Virus record (IMG/VR): IMGVR_UViG_3300038797_000097 | Coordinates: 1 to 53,155 of that record | From: a virus | Taxonomy: Duplodnaviria > Caudoviricetes | Reading direction: 5' to 3' (one strand) | DNA length: 53,155 nucleotides | Part shown: positions 26,458 through 36,572 of the stretch, piece by piece | How positions within the stretch are numbered: position 1 is the stretch's first letter | Layout of the letters: the number at the start of each line of letters is the position of its first letter | Position numbers and translations under genes: made by a program | The notes under the pieces: model-generated | What the model saw: the letters and a program-made list of their open reading frames with translations, nothing else | Told to the model about the DNA's origin: nothing | Databases searched by the model: none

Positions 26458-26940
26458 ATGAGCGATTATCGTGTTGATGCTCAGGTCAACTTTGATGAAA
26501 TGAATGATCGCGTTAGGTTTGAAATAAGACGCACGATTAACGCTCTTACTTTACGCTTACAGCGGATTGTTCAGGAAGACATGTTGAGTGGCCAACGGCT
26601 AAAAGTTCAGTCTGGCCGCTTACGTGGTTCCGTTTCGTCCAAAGTGGATGAGGATAAGGATTCGATAGAGGGAACGGTAGGAGCTGGCGGTGCTTTGGTG
26701 CCTTATGCCTTTGCTCATGAGTTTGGCTTACATGGATCTATGGGCATTAAGGCTCATCTTCGAACAATCAAACAGGCTTTTGGTCGACCTATCTCACCAG
26801 TTCAGGTCAATGTGAAGGCTCATTCAAGGAATGTTCGTTTTAGAGAGTTGCGGTTCATGCGTGATTCTTTAGATATGGTGGCCAAGATAGTGCCGAAAAA
26901 TATTGATGCAGCAATTGAGCGAGGTTTAGCAGGTGAATAG
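26458..26940 (+). CDS. Neck / virion morphogenesis protein
   Basis: SGRLRGS; YAFAHEFG; R.FM motifs. Confidence 0.75.
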   Translation: MSDYRVDAQVNFDEMNDRVRFEIRRTINALTLRLQRIVQEDMLSGQRLKVQSGRLRGSVSSKVDEDKDSIEGTVGAGGALVPYAFAHEFGLHGSMGIKAHLRTIKQAFGRPISPVQVNVKAHSRNVRFRELRFMRDSLDMVAKIVPKNIDAAIERGLAGE

Positions 26941-27376
26941 CGAAGCAATCTATCAAGCGTTGTTTGATCGGTTAAGTACAAATGTGGACGGGCTCAAAAC
27001 AGTAAGTCGCCGTTTACGTCATTTTAATAATGTGACACCAGACGAACGACCAGCCATGTTTATTACTCAAGGTAATCAGCAAGAAGTACCAGTACATGGT
27101 TTAGATTCAAAAGTTGAACTAGCCGCTGAGGTCTATCTCTATATCCAAGAGGCTGATAGAGATAAACCTCCATCATCACAGATGAATATTTTCATCGATC
27201 GTGTACGTGAAGCTATTCAGCCAGACCATCCGGATTTCAGCGAATATCAAACCTTAGGTGGTTTGGTAGAGCATTGCTGGATTGAGGGCACAATCGAAGT
27301 TTATGAAGCAGTAGAAAATATGCTGGATGATCAGGCGATTGCCATTATTCCTATCCGGATTCTCACCACCAATTAA
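26933..27376 (+). CDS. Tail terminator-like protein
   Basis: Position before the tail tube; TLGGLV motif. Confidence 0.7.
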   Translation: MNSEAIYQALFDRLSTNVDGLKTVSRRLRHFNNVTPDERPAMFITQGNQQEVPVHGLDSKVELAAEVYLYIQEADRDKPPSSQMNIFIDRVREAIQPDHPDFSEYQTLGGLVEHCWIEGTIEVYEAVENMLDDQAIAIIPIRILTTN

Positions 27377-27438
27377 CAAAACATTCATTTAATGACCGCC
27401 TCGATGGCGGTTTTGTCATTTTAGAGAGGTCAAAATAA

Positions 27439-28206
27439 ATGGCTCAATATTTATTTGGTGCCGGCAAGATCTTTGCTACACCGATTCAAGATGTTTATGG
27501 GCAACCGATTAGTAATCCTACGCCTGTAGAAGTAGGGGTATTACAGTCTGTTGGTGTCGATATTAGTTTCGATTTAAAAGAACTCTTTGGCCGTGGACAG
27601 TTCGCCGTAGATGCTGCGCGTGGTAAAGGCTCAATTAAAGGCAAAGCATCATTTGGGCGAATTAACGGAACCTTATTAAATTCTATTTTCTTCGGTGGCG
27701 TTGTTGCTGAAGGTGGAATCGAGACGGTATCCCAAACCATCAATGGTGAAACTATTCAAGCAGGCGGCTTGGTTACACCTGTAGTTCCAAATGCTGGCAC
27801 TTTTGTTAAGGATTTAGGTGTTACAGATGGGAAGGCTATTCCGCTTAAACGTGTAGCTTCAGCACCAACGACAGGGCAATACAGCGTTGATAACGTGACA
27901 GGAGCATATACTTTTGCTACAGCTGATGTTGGCAAGATTGTATTCATTAGCTTCCGATATTCCGCAACAGTAGCAGGTGGCAAGTCAATTACCGTATCAA
28001 ACTTAGATATGGGTTATACACCTGAATTTGCTTTAGATCTTCAGCGTGATTACAAGGGTAAATTCATGCATATGAATTTCTACCGTTGCACCAGTAACAA
28101 GCTCGGGTTCAGTTCAAAACAGGACGATTACGACATTCCTGAATTTGAATTCCAGCCTATGGCTGACGATCTCAACCGTGTTTTCAAAATCGATTTATCG
28201 GAGTAA
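27439..28206 (+). CDS. Major tail (tube) protein
   Basis: GAGG RBS; beta-rich; precedes the chaperone and tape measure. Confidence 0.8.
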   Translation: MAQYLFGAGKIFATPIQDVYGQPISNPTPVEVGVLQSVGVDISFDLKELFGRGQFAVDAARGKGSIKGKASFGRINGTLLNSIFFGGVVAEGGIETVSQTINGETIQAGGLVTPVVPNAGTFVKDLGVTDGKAIPLKRVASAPTTGQYSVDNVTGAYTFATADVGKIVFISFRYSATVAGGKSITVSNLDMGYTPEFALDLQRDYKGKFMHMNFYRCTSNKLGFSSKQDDYDIPEFEFQPMADDLNRVFKIDLSE

Positions 28207-28212
28207 TACCAA

Positions 28213-28533
28213 ATGCAATTTAAGCAAGTTGAAAACCCACGTGGTAATAGTAAAGAAATTGCTGGTCAGACTTGGATTTTTGCTCCGGCTCCATTGGGTA
28301 CGATTGAGCGTTTCCAAGAACAATTAAGTTCAAACAATGTACCAACTTCTGTAATTGTAGATATGGCGCATGTTTGTTTAAAGCGAAATTATCCAGATAT
28401 TACCCGTGAATATGTTTCGGATGAGCTTTTAGACATGGCAAACATGGAAGAAGTTTTAACCCTAGTAACTAAAACATCTGGCTTGGAATATACAGGTACA
28501 GTTAAACCCGCAGGTGAATCTTCGGGGGAATAA
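28213..28533 (+). CDS. Tail assembly chaperone (gpG-like)
   Basis: Ends in the slippery sequence GGGGGAA just before TAA. Confidence 0.8.
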   Translation: MQFKQVENPRGNSKEIAGQTWIFAPAPLGTIERFQEQLSSNNVPTSVIVDMAHVCLKRNYPDITREYVSDELLDMANMEEVLTLVTKTSGLEYTGTVKPAGESSGE

Positions 28534-28793
28534 ATTGGGAGGAGCTGTACACGCATTTAGTGCTGACCATGGGTAAAGATTACGACTATGTACGTAATGA
28601 AATGGATCTACCTAGATTAAGAGCATTAAGTGCGTATCAGCAAAGTAACCCTCCCGCACATATTGGGATACAACGGCTTTGCCGTATTTTGGAAGCTTTT
28701 ATGGGAATTGATGAAAGTCAGCCAGTTAATACTGAATCAGAAGACGATGACGATTTAATTGAGGTCTTAAGCAATTTCCCACAGGGCGGTTAA
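28524..28793 (+). CDS. -1 frameshift extension of the chaperone (gpT-like)
   Basis: -1 frame is open from GGGGGAA (28524-28530): G-I-N-W-E-E-L-Y-T-H-L-V-L-T-M-G-K... Confidence 0.78.
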   Translation, partial: GGINWEELYTHLVLTMGKDYDYVRNEMDLPRLRALSAYQQSNPPAHIGIQRLCRILEAFMGIDESQPVNTESEDDDDLIEVLSNFPQGG

Positions 28794-28869
28794 TACTGCC
28801 CAAGAGTTTTTAAGAGACATTAAATAATCAATTTGGTATCTTTGTTAATACGTTTATAGGGTATCAAAT

Positions 28870-29445
28870 ATGATTAATAAAATATTAATAGGAATTCTTG
28901 TATTAGCTCTTTCTGCAATTCTTTATATAGTTGGGAATTATCTTTATATGCAATATGAAAGAAATGAACACTCAAAGGAATATGAAAGCAACTCTTATAA
29001 AATAGATAAATTAATAAAAAATAAGGCAACAAAAGATCTAAAAACCAATGATTTAGTCTTTGTTTGTGAACTAAGAAAATCATTATGGCATACTACCGTA
29101 CCTCTTGAAACTATTCAGTTAGCCGCTGAAGATAATAGTCCGAAATATAAAAAGTTTGTTAGGGAAGTAACACAAGATATATTTAGAGATGCGCAATTGA
29201 AAGCTTTTGTGAAGGGAGAGCAATCGGAAGTAGACTTAGCGATTATTGGTCATTTATGCACGCTTTTAAACTCTGAAACTGGTTCAAGTAGATCGCTTTA
29301 TAATAAGCTTTTATCTCAAAAATATAATATTGATCTGGAAAGCGGTTCGCTTAGTTATGTTGATATTTCTAAGGTAACCCAAGAAGATTTAGATGAATAT
29401 CTTAAGGCTAAAAAAGCTGAAGAAAATATACGTCTGAAATTTTAA
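28870..29445 (+). CDS. Cargo protein with N-terminal membrane anchor upstream of the tape measure
   Basis: AT-rich; single TM; terminator at 29468-29494. Confidence 0.7.
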   Translation: MINKILIGILVLALSAILYIVGNYLYMQYERNEHSKEYESNSYKIDKLIKNKATKDLKTNDLVFVCELRKSLWHTTVPLETIQLAAEDNSPKYKKFVREVTQDIFRDAQLKAFVKGEQSEVDLAIIGHLCTLLNSETGSSRSLYNKLLSQKYNIDLESGSLSYVDISKVTQEDLDEYLKAKKAEENIRLKF

Positions 29446-29513
29446 AGTCATTTTAAATTTTAATATGAACCCACTCTAAGAAGTGGGTTTTTTTATGCCT
29501 GAGGAAAACTGAA

Positions 29514-32297
29514 ATGGCGAATAACCGCGTAGAAGTTCATATTGGTGCTAAGACCTCTGAGCTGAAAAAAGGCATGGATGATGCTGAAAAAATTGTCAGT
29601 GATTCTGCCAAGCAAATTGAAAATACCACTAAAGGTGTGAACTTTAAGTTTGATCTTTCGGGCATTAAACGCCAATTTGATGATGTTTCAAAATCAATTG
29701 CAGATGGTTTTAGTAAACAGATTGGGGAGGCTTTGGGTGGGTCACGATTAGGCTCAGCTTTTGATGGTATTACCTCCAAATTAGGAGCTCTGCGTGGCGG
29801 TGCACTTGTTGCAGCTGGAGCGGTTGCAGGACTGGCAGTAGGTGGTACCGTAGCAGCTACTGCGGGTTTAGCAACACTGGCAATTGAAGTAGCTAATAAT
29901 AATGTTGAACTCGCCAAATTTTCAGCCTTAGCAAATACCTCAATACAGTCATTTCAGGGATTATCTGGCGCGGCACAAACATTAGGTTTTTCTCAAGAAA
30001 AACTCTCAGACATGATGAAAGACTTCAACGAAAAGATCGGTGAGTTTGCATCAGTTGGTTCAGGGGGAGCTAAAGACTTTTTTGAGCAAATCGCCGTTAA
30101 AACGGAGTCCGGCGCTGAGGGTGCTAAAAAGCTCGCTGAAGAAATGTCCAAGATGGATGGTGTAGAAGCCTTACAGACTTACGTCGATAAGCTGGAAGAG
30201 GCTGGAGTCAACCAGCAGCAAATGTCTTTCTATCTTGAGAGCATGGGCTCGGATCTCACTGGATTAATCCCGATTTTGCAAGATGGAGGTAAGCTTTGGA
30301 AAGAATACCAGTCTGCTATGGAAGAAGCAGGGATTATTACTGGTGAAGAGGCAATTCAAAAATCCATCGAATTAAAGGCTCAGACCGAAGTACTTCAAAT
30401 GCAGTACACCGGTTTAAAAAATCAATTGGCTCAAGCAGTGATGCCAGCTTTAAGCGGTGTAATTAGTCATTTTATGAATGGCACTACAAAAGGTGGAGCA
30501 TTTACCGGAGTTCTTCAGACATTAGGCTCAGTTGCTAAAGGTGTTGCAGTTGTTATTGTAGGGCTTGGAGCTGGATTACAAAATCTTGTGCGATTAATGT
30601 CTGGTGTGATGAGTAATCTTCGGACCATCGGAAGTACAGCAGTAAATTTTGTTAATGCGGATGGGATCTTAGCTAAAGGTAAGGCTCTGGCGGGTGGCGT
30701 TAAGGCAATCTGGACTGAAACCAAAGATACTGTGGTTGATATTGCTGGTACCACCAAAGCCGCAATTAATTCAGCTTCTAATATCTTTGGTGGAACACCC
30801 TCATTTGATCGTTTATCTCAAGCCAAAATAGATATCCAAAATGCTCAACTTGGTAGTAGAGGTGGAAGTAAAGGGGTTACTTCTGGTATCGGACAAAATA
30901 AGGCACTCAATCCTGATGGTGGTAAATCAGATAAGGCAAAGCAGGGTAAATCTGATGCTGTGCGCCAAGCTGAACAAGCAGCTAAAGCACTTGCTGATAT
31001 TCGGTATAAATATGCATCTGAAGAAAAGAAAATCGCTTTAGATCTGCAAAAGGCATTAGATGAGATTGAAAAATCTAAAATGTCTGAAGCTGAAAAAGCC
31101 GCAGCAAAAGTCAAAGCCGAAAAGGATGCCTCAGACAAGATCATTGCTATACGTTCAAAAGAGTTTGAGGAATACAAAAAAGCTCGTGAAGAACAGATAG
31201 ACAATTATCAACAGCAAGCACAGCGCCTTTATGAAATTGAGGCTGCGCGGATCCAAGCTGAATTTGATGCCAAGAAGATTTCAAATGTTCGTAAGGTTCA
31301 ATTAGAGAAACAGCTCGAAGATCAATTACGTGAAATTAAACGGCAAGGTCTTTTAGAGCGTTTAGCACTTGAGAACGAGCAAACTGGAATTACCGGTAAG
31401 CAGGGCAATCAAAACCAAATCACAAATAATATTTCTGATTTAGAGACAGATCAGAAAGTTGCTGATACTAAATCTATGGGTTTAATCAGTGATGCGGAAA
31501 TGAAAGACTTTGAGGCTAAGTTCGGCGGTTTTACTTCTCGACTTTCTAACCTTTGGGATCAGGGCATTCAGTCACTTATGAATGGTACCTTGACTTGGAG
31601 TAATGCAACTAAAGCAGTGCTTGCTGATATGGGCCAATTCGCACTGCAATCTGCTACTAAAGAGCTTCAAGGTTGGCTCAGAATCCAAGCCATTAAGCTA
31701 GCGCGTAAGCTTGGGTTTGTCGGGGCAGAAACAGCAGCTGAGGCTTCGGGTCAGGCTGCTCAAACAGTTGCAACGATCGCAGGTGAAGCAACACGAACCG
31801 GTGTTACTGCTGCAGGTGGTTTAGCTCGTTTAGGTTTAAAAGCTGCTGAAGCTATCAAAGGAATCATGATGTCAGCATGGGAAGCCATGGCCGGAGCTTT
31901 TAAAGCTATGGTTGCCATTCCATATATTGGACCAATTCTAGCCGTAGGTGCGGGTGCAGCTGCATTTGGTTTAGTGGCTGGTCTTGCTGGCAAGATCAAA
32001 TCTGCTCGAGGCGGTTACGACATTCCATCCGGTGTGAATCCAGTCACACAGCTTCATGAAGACGAAATGGTTTTACCTTCACAACATGCGAATACAATCC
32101 GTGAAATGGGCAAAGCCATGCGTAGTGGTGCAAGTTTTGGAGCAGCTGCAGCAGCTGAAGGTGGAGGTGCTGGGCCTGTTATTAATATCAGTGCAGTTGA
32201 TGCTAAGAGCATTCAACGCCTTTTAAAAGGTAATGGTCGTGCGGTTGCTAGTGGTTTGCAAAGCTATGCTCGTGGATTCGGTAAGAATGGTAAATAA
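29514..32297 (+). CDS. Tape measure protein
   Basis: 927 aa, Ala/Gly-rich helical; C-terminal SARGG...LHEDEMVLP motif. Confidence 0.92.
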   Translation: MANNRVEVHIGAKTSELKKGMDDAEKIVSDSAKQIENTTKGVNFKFDLSGIKRQFDDVSKSIADGFSKQIGEALGGSRLGSAFDGITSKLGALRGGALVAAGAVAGLAVGGTVAATAGLATLAIEVANNNVELAKFSALANTSIQSFQGLSGAAQTLGFSQEKLSDMMKDFNEKIGEFASVGSGGAKDFFEQIAVKTESGAEGAKKLAEEMSKMDGVEALQTYVDKLEEAGVNQQQMSFYLESMGSDLTGLIPILQDGGKLWKEYQSAMEEAGIITGEEAIQKSIELKAQTEVLQMQYTGLKNQLAQAVMPALSGVISHFMNGTTKGGAFTGVLQTLGSVAKGVAVVIVGLGAGLQNLVRLMSGVMSNLRTIGSTAVNFVNADGILAKGKALAGGVKAIWTETKDTVVDIAGTTKAAINSASNIFGGTPSFDRLSQAKIDIQNAQLGSRGGSKGVTSGIGQNKALNPDGGKSDKAKQGKSDAVRQAEQAAKALADIRYKYASEEKKIALDLQKALDEIEKSKMSEAEKAAAKVKAEKDASDKIIAIRSKEFEEYKKAREEQIDNYQQQAQRLYEIEAARIQAEFDAKKISNVRKVQLEKQLEDQLREIKRQGLLERLALENEQTGITGKQGNQNQITNNISDLETDQKVADTKSMGLISDAEMKDFEAKFGGFTSRLSNLWDQGIQSLMNGTLTWSNATKAVLADMGQFALQSATKELQGWLRIQAIKLARKLGFVGAETAAEASGQAAQTVATIAGEATRTGVTAAGGLARLGLKAAEAIKGIMMSAWEAMAGAFKAMVAIPYIGPILAVGAGAAAFGLVAGLAGKIKSARGGYDIPSGVNPVTQLHEDEMVLPSQHANTIREMGKAMRSGASFGAAAAAEGGGAGPVINISAVDAKSIQRLLKGNGRAVASGLQSYARGFGKNGK

Positions 32298-32307
32298 GGG
32301 GGTATAA

Positions 32308-32961
32308 GTGTCTAACGTTTTATTTCCAGAATTACCCGGTCTTGAGTGGGATACCTCATTAACTCCTATGTTCAATACCAAGATCATGACATCAATTAAT
32401 GGCCGAGAGCTCCGTGGGAGCTTTCAGGCTGCACCGAAATATGAAATCTCGTTGTCTTACGCTTTCTTGCGTGAAAATAAGGGGAGAAAGGAATTGCAGC
32501 AACTACAAGGGTTTTATTTAGAACGCCGTGGGGCATTTGATTCATTTCTTTATAAGATGCCGGATGATAATGAATTTAATTGCACATTTGTTGGGGATGG
32601 GACCGCAACTTCATTCCAGTTGTACAAAGATATGTATACGAGCCAATTGCCCTTAGGTAATACACAAGAGCAGATTATTGGTGAAGTTGATCCCAACATG
32701 TGGAATCAAACACCGGTCAAAACAATGTGGAACACAAACCAAGAAAAGCTTATGTGGAATACCGCAACCGCTCAAATTACGAGTGACGGCAAATACGTAC
32801 TTTCACAGCCGATCGAGGAGGGTGTAGAAGTGACTGTAACGGGAACGTTTTACTACCGTTGCCGTTTTAAAGATGACACCCAGCAATACGTCAACTTTAT
32901 GCATAAGCTCTGGAAGGCTGGAAAGGTTGAGTTAATCGGATCCTTAGGAACAAAGATATGA
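32308..32961 (+). CDS. Distal tail protein (DUF2460-like)
   Basis: GRELR; FY..R.GAFDSFLY; GDG....FQL; CRF.DD motifs. Confidence 0.8.
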   Translation: MSNVLFPELPGLEWDTSLTPMFNTKIMTSINGRELRGSFQAAPKYEISLSYAFLRENKGRKELQQLQGFYLERRGAFDSFLYKMPDDNEFNCTFVGDGTATSFQLYKDMYTSQLPLGNTQEQIIGEVDPNMWNQTPVKTMWNTNQEKLMWNTATAQITSDGKYVLSQPIEEGVEVTVTGTFYYRCRFKDDTQQYVNFMHKLWKAGKVELIGSLGTKI

Positions 32962-33815
32962 GACAAGCATCACCTCAATTAATTGCCTTGTTAGATGCTG
33001 ATCAATTCATCATGGCAGACCTATACACCATTACAACCATACAGGGCATTGAATATCGTTATACAAGCTATGACGTTAATTTAACTGTGCAGGGTAAGGA
33101 ATTTCGTTCTGATGGACCAATCATTAGCCGCGAAGGAATTAGCCTCTCACTGGGAATTGAGGTGGACAATTTATCTATCACAATTGAAACGAATGAAAGC
33201 ACTAAATTTGGCGATGTTCCTGTAGCTCAAGCTTTTCATAACGGAATTTTAGATGGCGCGCGGTTTAAGTTAGAACGCATATTCATGGATATGTACACGC
33301 CTACAGATACTAGTGCCGGCACACTCGTTTTATTTGAGGGTCGTATTATTGAGCCCGAGCTTGATCGATATGAAATTAACGCAAGTGTAGTTTCTGACGT
33401 TGATAACTTAAAGCTTCAGATGCCGAGAAACTTATATACACCAGGTTGTTTAAATACCTTGTTTGATAGTGCTTGTGGCTTACTCAGTACAGATTTTGCC
33501 ATAAATACTACCATTGGGGCGAATAGCACACCCAACCGAATCCTTTGTGAATTGAGTCAGCCGCAAGGCTGGTTTACACAAGGTGTTGTGGAGTTTTTAG
33601 AGGGCGTAAATATTGGAATTAAGCGCACTGTGCGATTACATGAAACTGGTGCATTACTCCTCACTTTACCACTTCTAGAAATGCCTGAAATCGGTGAAGC
33701 AATCCGCGTTTATCCGGGTTGTGATAAACGACTTGATACCTGTACTAATCGATTTAATAACCGAGCTCGCTTCCGTGGTGCGCCTTTTGTACCGGTTCCT
33801 GAAACTTCTGTTTAA
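32958..33815 (+). CDS. Tail hub protein (DUF2163 / BR0599-like, Cys-rich C-terminus)
   Basis: C...LFD..CG; PGCDK...TC.NRFNN...FRG.PFVP. Confidence 0.85.
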   Translation: MRQASPQLIALLDADQFIMADLYTITTIQGIEYRYTSYDVNLTVQGKEFRSDGPIISREGISLSLGIEVDNLSITIETNESTKFGDVPVAQAFHNGILDGARFKLERIFMDMYTPTDTSAGTLVLFEGRIIEPELDRYEINASVVSDVDNLKLQMPRNLYTPGCLNTLFDSACGLLSTDFAINTTIGANSTPNRILCELSQPQGWFTQGVVEFLEGVNIGIKRTVRLHETGALLLTLPLLEMPEIGEAIRVYPGCDKRLDTCTNRFNNRARFRGAPFVPVPETSV

Positions 33816-33833
33816 ACATATTCATCTTTAACC

Positions 33834-33860
33834 AAAACCCTGCATTTAGCGGGGTTTTTT
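33834..33860 (+). terminator. Terminator before the tailspike gene
   Basis: AAAACCCTGC-ATTTA-GCGGGGTTTT plus T run. Confidence 0.7.
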
Positions 33861-33873
33861 ATGGGGCTAGAAC

Positions 33874-36144
33874 ATGGCTTTACCTAATATTGACCAGCTT
33901 ATTGGATCTGCTGTAACTGAAGAAGGCTTTAAAAATGCTCTTAAACAGTTTCTGGAAAATACGGCAGATAGTGGATACTTAAATCAATTAAGTGCATTAA
34001 CGAAAAATGCAACTGTGTTTTATCCATTCAATACAACAAAACGTAATAATGTGAATGCAAGCAGTGTTTCTGCATCACATGAAGCTTACTTGAAACCGTA
34101 TATTTTAAATATTATTGTTAATGGTGCTGATCCAAATAAATATTATCGGATTCAGCAGATTAGCACTCCCACAAATGCTTCTGTGCCGAATCGTTGGGTG
34201 TTTGAAGTTCTAAATCGAACAAATTTTGATTCTTCAGAAACTGTAGAAAAAACTATTCCCGTTGTTTTTCCTATTGTAAATAACACAGGTATTAAAACTT
34301 TCAGTGTGGTTGATGGTGATATCACTATTTCCGTGACTGTCGATACAAGTAAAGTCCCGTCTAGTGATTTTTATTCTGTTGCTTCGACTGATAGTTCATA
34401 TACATACATTATTGATCCGAGCCGTTATGTTTTTTCAGCCTTTAAAAAATCTGATGCACTCGGCTATATTGATTCGTTTAGTACACTTACAAAGAACTCA
34501 ACTGTTTTATTCCCGTTTAGTACATTAAAACGGAATAACGTGAATGAAAGCACTGTAGGTTCACACGATAATATTTTACGTAACTTCATTCTTGATGTTC
34601 GAGTAATGAATGCTGATCCAAACAAGTATTATCGCTTGCAACAGATGAGTAGCCCCGATCAAGCGACGAATCCGAACCGCTGGATATTTGAAGAACTTAG
34701 CCGCTCTAATTTTGATACAACAGAGACAAAAGGTAAGGCGATTACAGCAGTTTTACCAATTGTGAAAAATACAGGGATTAAGAGCTTTTTTGTAAAAGAT
34801 GGTGATCTCGGTATTTCAGTTACAGTAGATACAAATAAAACGCCTTCTAATAGCTTTTATTCAGTTGCATCAACAGATAACTCATACACATATATTTTTG
34901 ATCCAAGTTTGTATTCTTATGCTGCGGTTACTAGCTCAGATATTAATGCAGTGAATGCACGTATCAATGAGTTTACTAAGCCGATGCAACTTAAAAACTT
35001 GCTCAATGATTTGCGTAATCCAATTCAGGATGTTCGAATTAAATTTGCTCCTGCTGATTCAATTACATATGGAGTAGGCGCCACCGGAAATGGAGCTGGC
35101 CCCAATCCTCCACACGGTCCAGCTACAACGGAAACTTATGTCAATATTTTCCGTAATTTTCTGGGTGCAGCATTTTGTACCAGTGCGCGTTTTGGTGATG
35201 AAACTATTTCAGAAACAGGTGAAGCGTATTTCACGAGCGAAGGTACGAGCGTATTAAGTGCTGAGCTTGGGAATTTTATATTTAAGAATAGCCTTACAGG
35301 TAAGGTGTTTACGCTTACCGAAATGCAAGCTTTGGTGGGGATTAATACTAGCTCACCAACGGGAACTTTTATTGATATTAAAAGTCCTTCAGTCGCTGGA
35401 GCAGTGACAGATATGGAATTTAATTTCAATGGGAATGCATTCACTATCAATTACGCAAGACTCGGAAACGGAAGTAGTAGTGAGTCAAACATTGATGTTT
35501 TTGTAGATGATGTTCTTCACTCTAGTTTTAATGTGTATACAACATCACCAGCATTTGATGGATCTACAACAATCAATGAATTACCAGATGGTTCTAAGAA
35601 GATTCGTATTGCGAATCGACTTAATAATTCAACAATCTATGCGCGTTTGGTTTCAATTACTGCTACTCGCAAAGTGTCTGTTATCAATGAGGGTATTTCT
35701 GGCACTAATTCTAAACAGTGGCTAGATGGAAACTGGATTCCAGATAAGATTAGTATTAAAGATAATTACATTATCCCTTTGATTGGTACAAATGATCGAC
35801 ATACGACACAGAAGATAGGGACATTTAAAAATCAATATCTTCAGATTCTTGATCGTATTTCGGCAAAGAATCCAAAAGCTCAAATCATTGTTATGTCACC
35901 ACCAGCCGTGACTCAAAATGAAGACCCTAATGTTTATCCATATTACAAGTTCAGAATTGCGGATCTGAATTATGCATTAAGTCAGATTGCACAATTGAGG
36001 GGTCATTCGTTTATCAGTCTTTTTGAAGCAACTTCAAAACTTAAAGCGCGTGGTGAATCATACTTATCAGATGGGCTTCATCCGAATGATTTTGGATACG
36101 CAGAGATTGCTGAATACATCATTAATCAAATCTTGAGTGCTTAA
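33874..36144 (+). CDS. Tailspike / receptor-binding protein with tandem N-terminal repeat and SGNH esterase
   Basis: ADSITYG, NEGISG, IGTND, DGLHP blocks; ~162-aa internal duplication. Confidence 0.8.
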   Translation: MALPNIDQLIGSAVTEEGFKNALKQFLENTADSGYLNQLSALTKNATVFYPFNTTKRNNVNASSVSASHEAYLKPYILNIIVNGADPNKYYRIQQISTPTNASVPNRWVFEVLNRTNFDSSETVEKTIPVVFPIVNNTGIKTFSVVDGDITISVTVDTSKVPSSDFYSVASTDSSYTYIIDPSRYVFSAFKKSDALGYIDSFSTLTKNSTVLFPFSTLKRNNVNESTVGSHDNILRNFILDVRVMNADPNKYYRLQQMSSPDQATNPNRWIFEELSRSNFDTTETKGKAITAVLPIVKNTGIKSFFVKDGDLGISVTVDTNKTPSNSFYSVASTDNSYTYIFDPSLYSYAAVTSSDINAVNARINEFTKPMQLKNLLNDLRNPIQDVRIKFAPADSITYGVGATGNGAGPNPPHGPATTETYVNIFRNFLGAAFCTSARFGDETISETGEAYFTSEGTSVLSAELGNFIFKNSLTGKVFTLTEMQALVGINTSSPTGTFIDIKSPSVAGAVTDMEFNFNGNAFTINYARLGNGSSSESNIDVFVDDVLHSSFNVYTTSPAFDGSTTINELPDGSKKIRIANRLNNSTIYARLVSITATRKVSVINEGISGTNSKQWLDGNWIPDKISIKDNYIIPLIGTNDRHTTQKIGTFKNQYLQILDRISAKNPKAQIIVMSPPAVTQNEDPNVYPYYKFRIADLNYALSQIAQLRGHSFISLFEATSKLKARGESYLSDGLHPNDFGYAEIAEYIINQILSA

Positions 36145-36146
36145 TT

Positions 36147-36572
36147 GTGAAGAACCTTGAAGCAGTAAAAGAGGCGCTTACATGGCTGGGTACTCCATAT
36201 CATCACCAAGGCCGTGTAAAAGGTGTTGGGGTGGATTGCGGTACTTTGATTTGTGAGGTCTATGAAAAAGTAGGCCTCATGGATCATTTAGATCCGCGGC
36301 CATATCCACCAGACTGGCACATGCACCAGATGGGGCAACGTTATTTAGAGCTCATCTTAGGAGTATGTGATCCAGTAGAAGGGCCACCGCAACCAGGTGA
36401 TATTGTTTTATATCATTTTGGCAAGTGCATTAGTCATAGTGCAATTGTCATCGAATGGCCGCAGGTCATTCACAGTTATATCCATCAGGGAGTCATTATT
36501 CAGGATGGAACCAAAGGAAGTTTAGCCCGGCGAATTGCCGGGTTTTTTCGTATGAAGAGGCTGAAAGAATAA
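36147..36572 (+). CDS. NlpC/P60 tail peptidase
   Basis: WLGTPY.H; GVDC; PGDIV; HSAI; IHS motifs. Confidence 0.88.
   Translation: MKNLEAVKEALTWLGTPYHHQGRVKGVGVDCGTLICEVYEKVGLMDHLDPRPYPPDWHMHQMGQRYLELILGVCDPVEGPPQPGDIVLYHFGKCISHSAIVIEWPQVIHSYIHQGVIIQDGTKGSLARRIAGFFRMKRLKE

Noticed and set aside
16165-31999. Many short antisense ORFs within head and tail genes
   Set aside because: Shadow frames of well-supported structural genes, without RBS or motifs
33973-34940. Diversity-generating retroelement TR/VR pair in the tailspike
   Set aside because: The repeat is an in-frame diverged domain duplication, differences are not adenine-specific, and no reverse transcriptase is in the window
36455-36571. 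N-terminal 39 aa of the ORF-track tail tip protein
   Set aside because: Overlaps the NlpC gene; the TAATG-coupled ATG at 36572 is the better start
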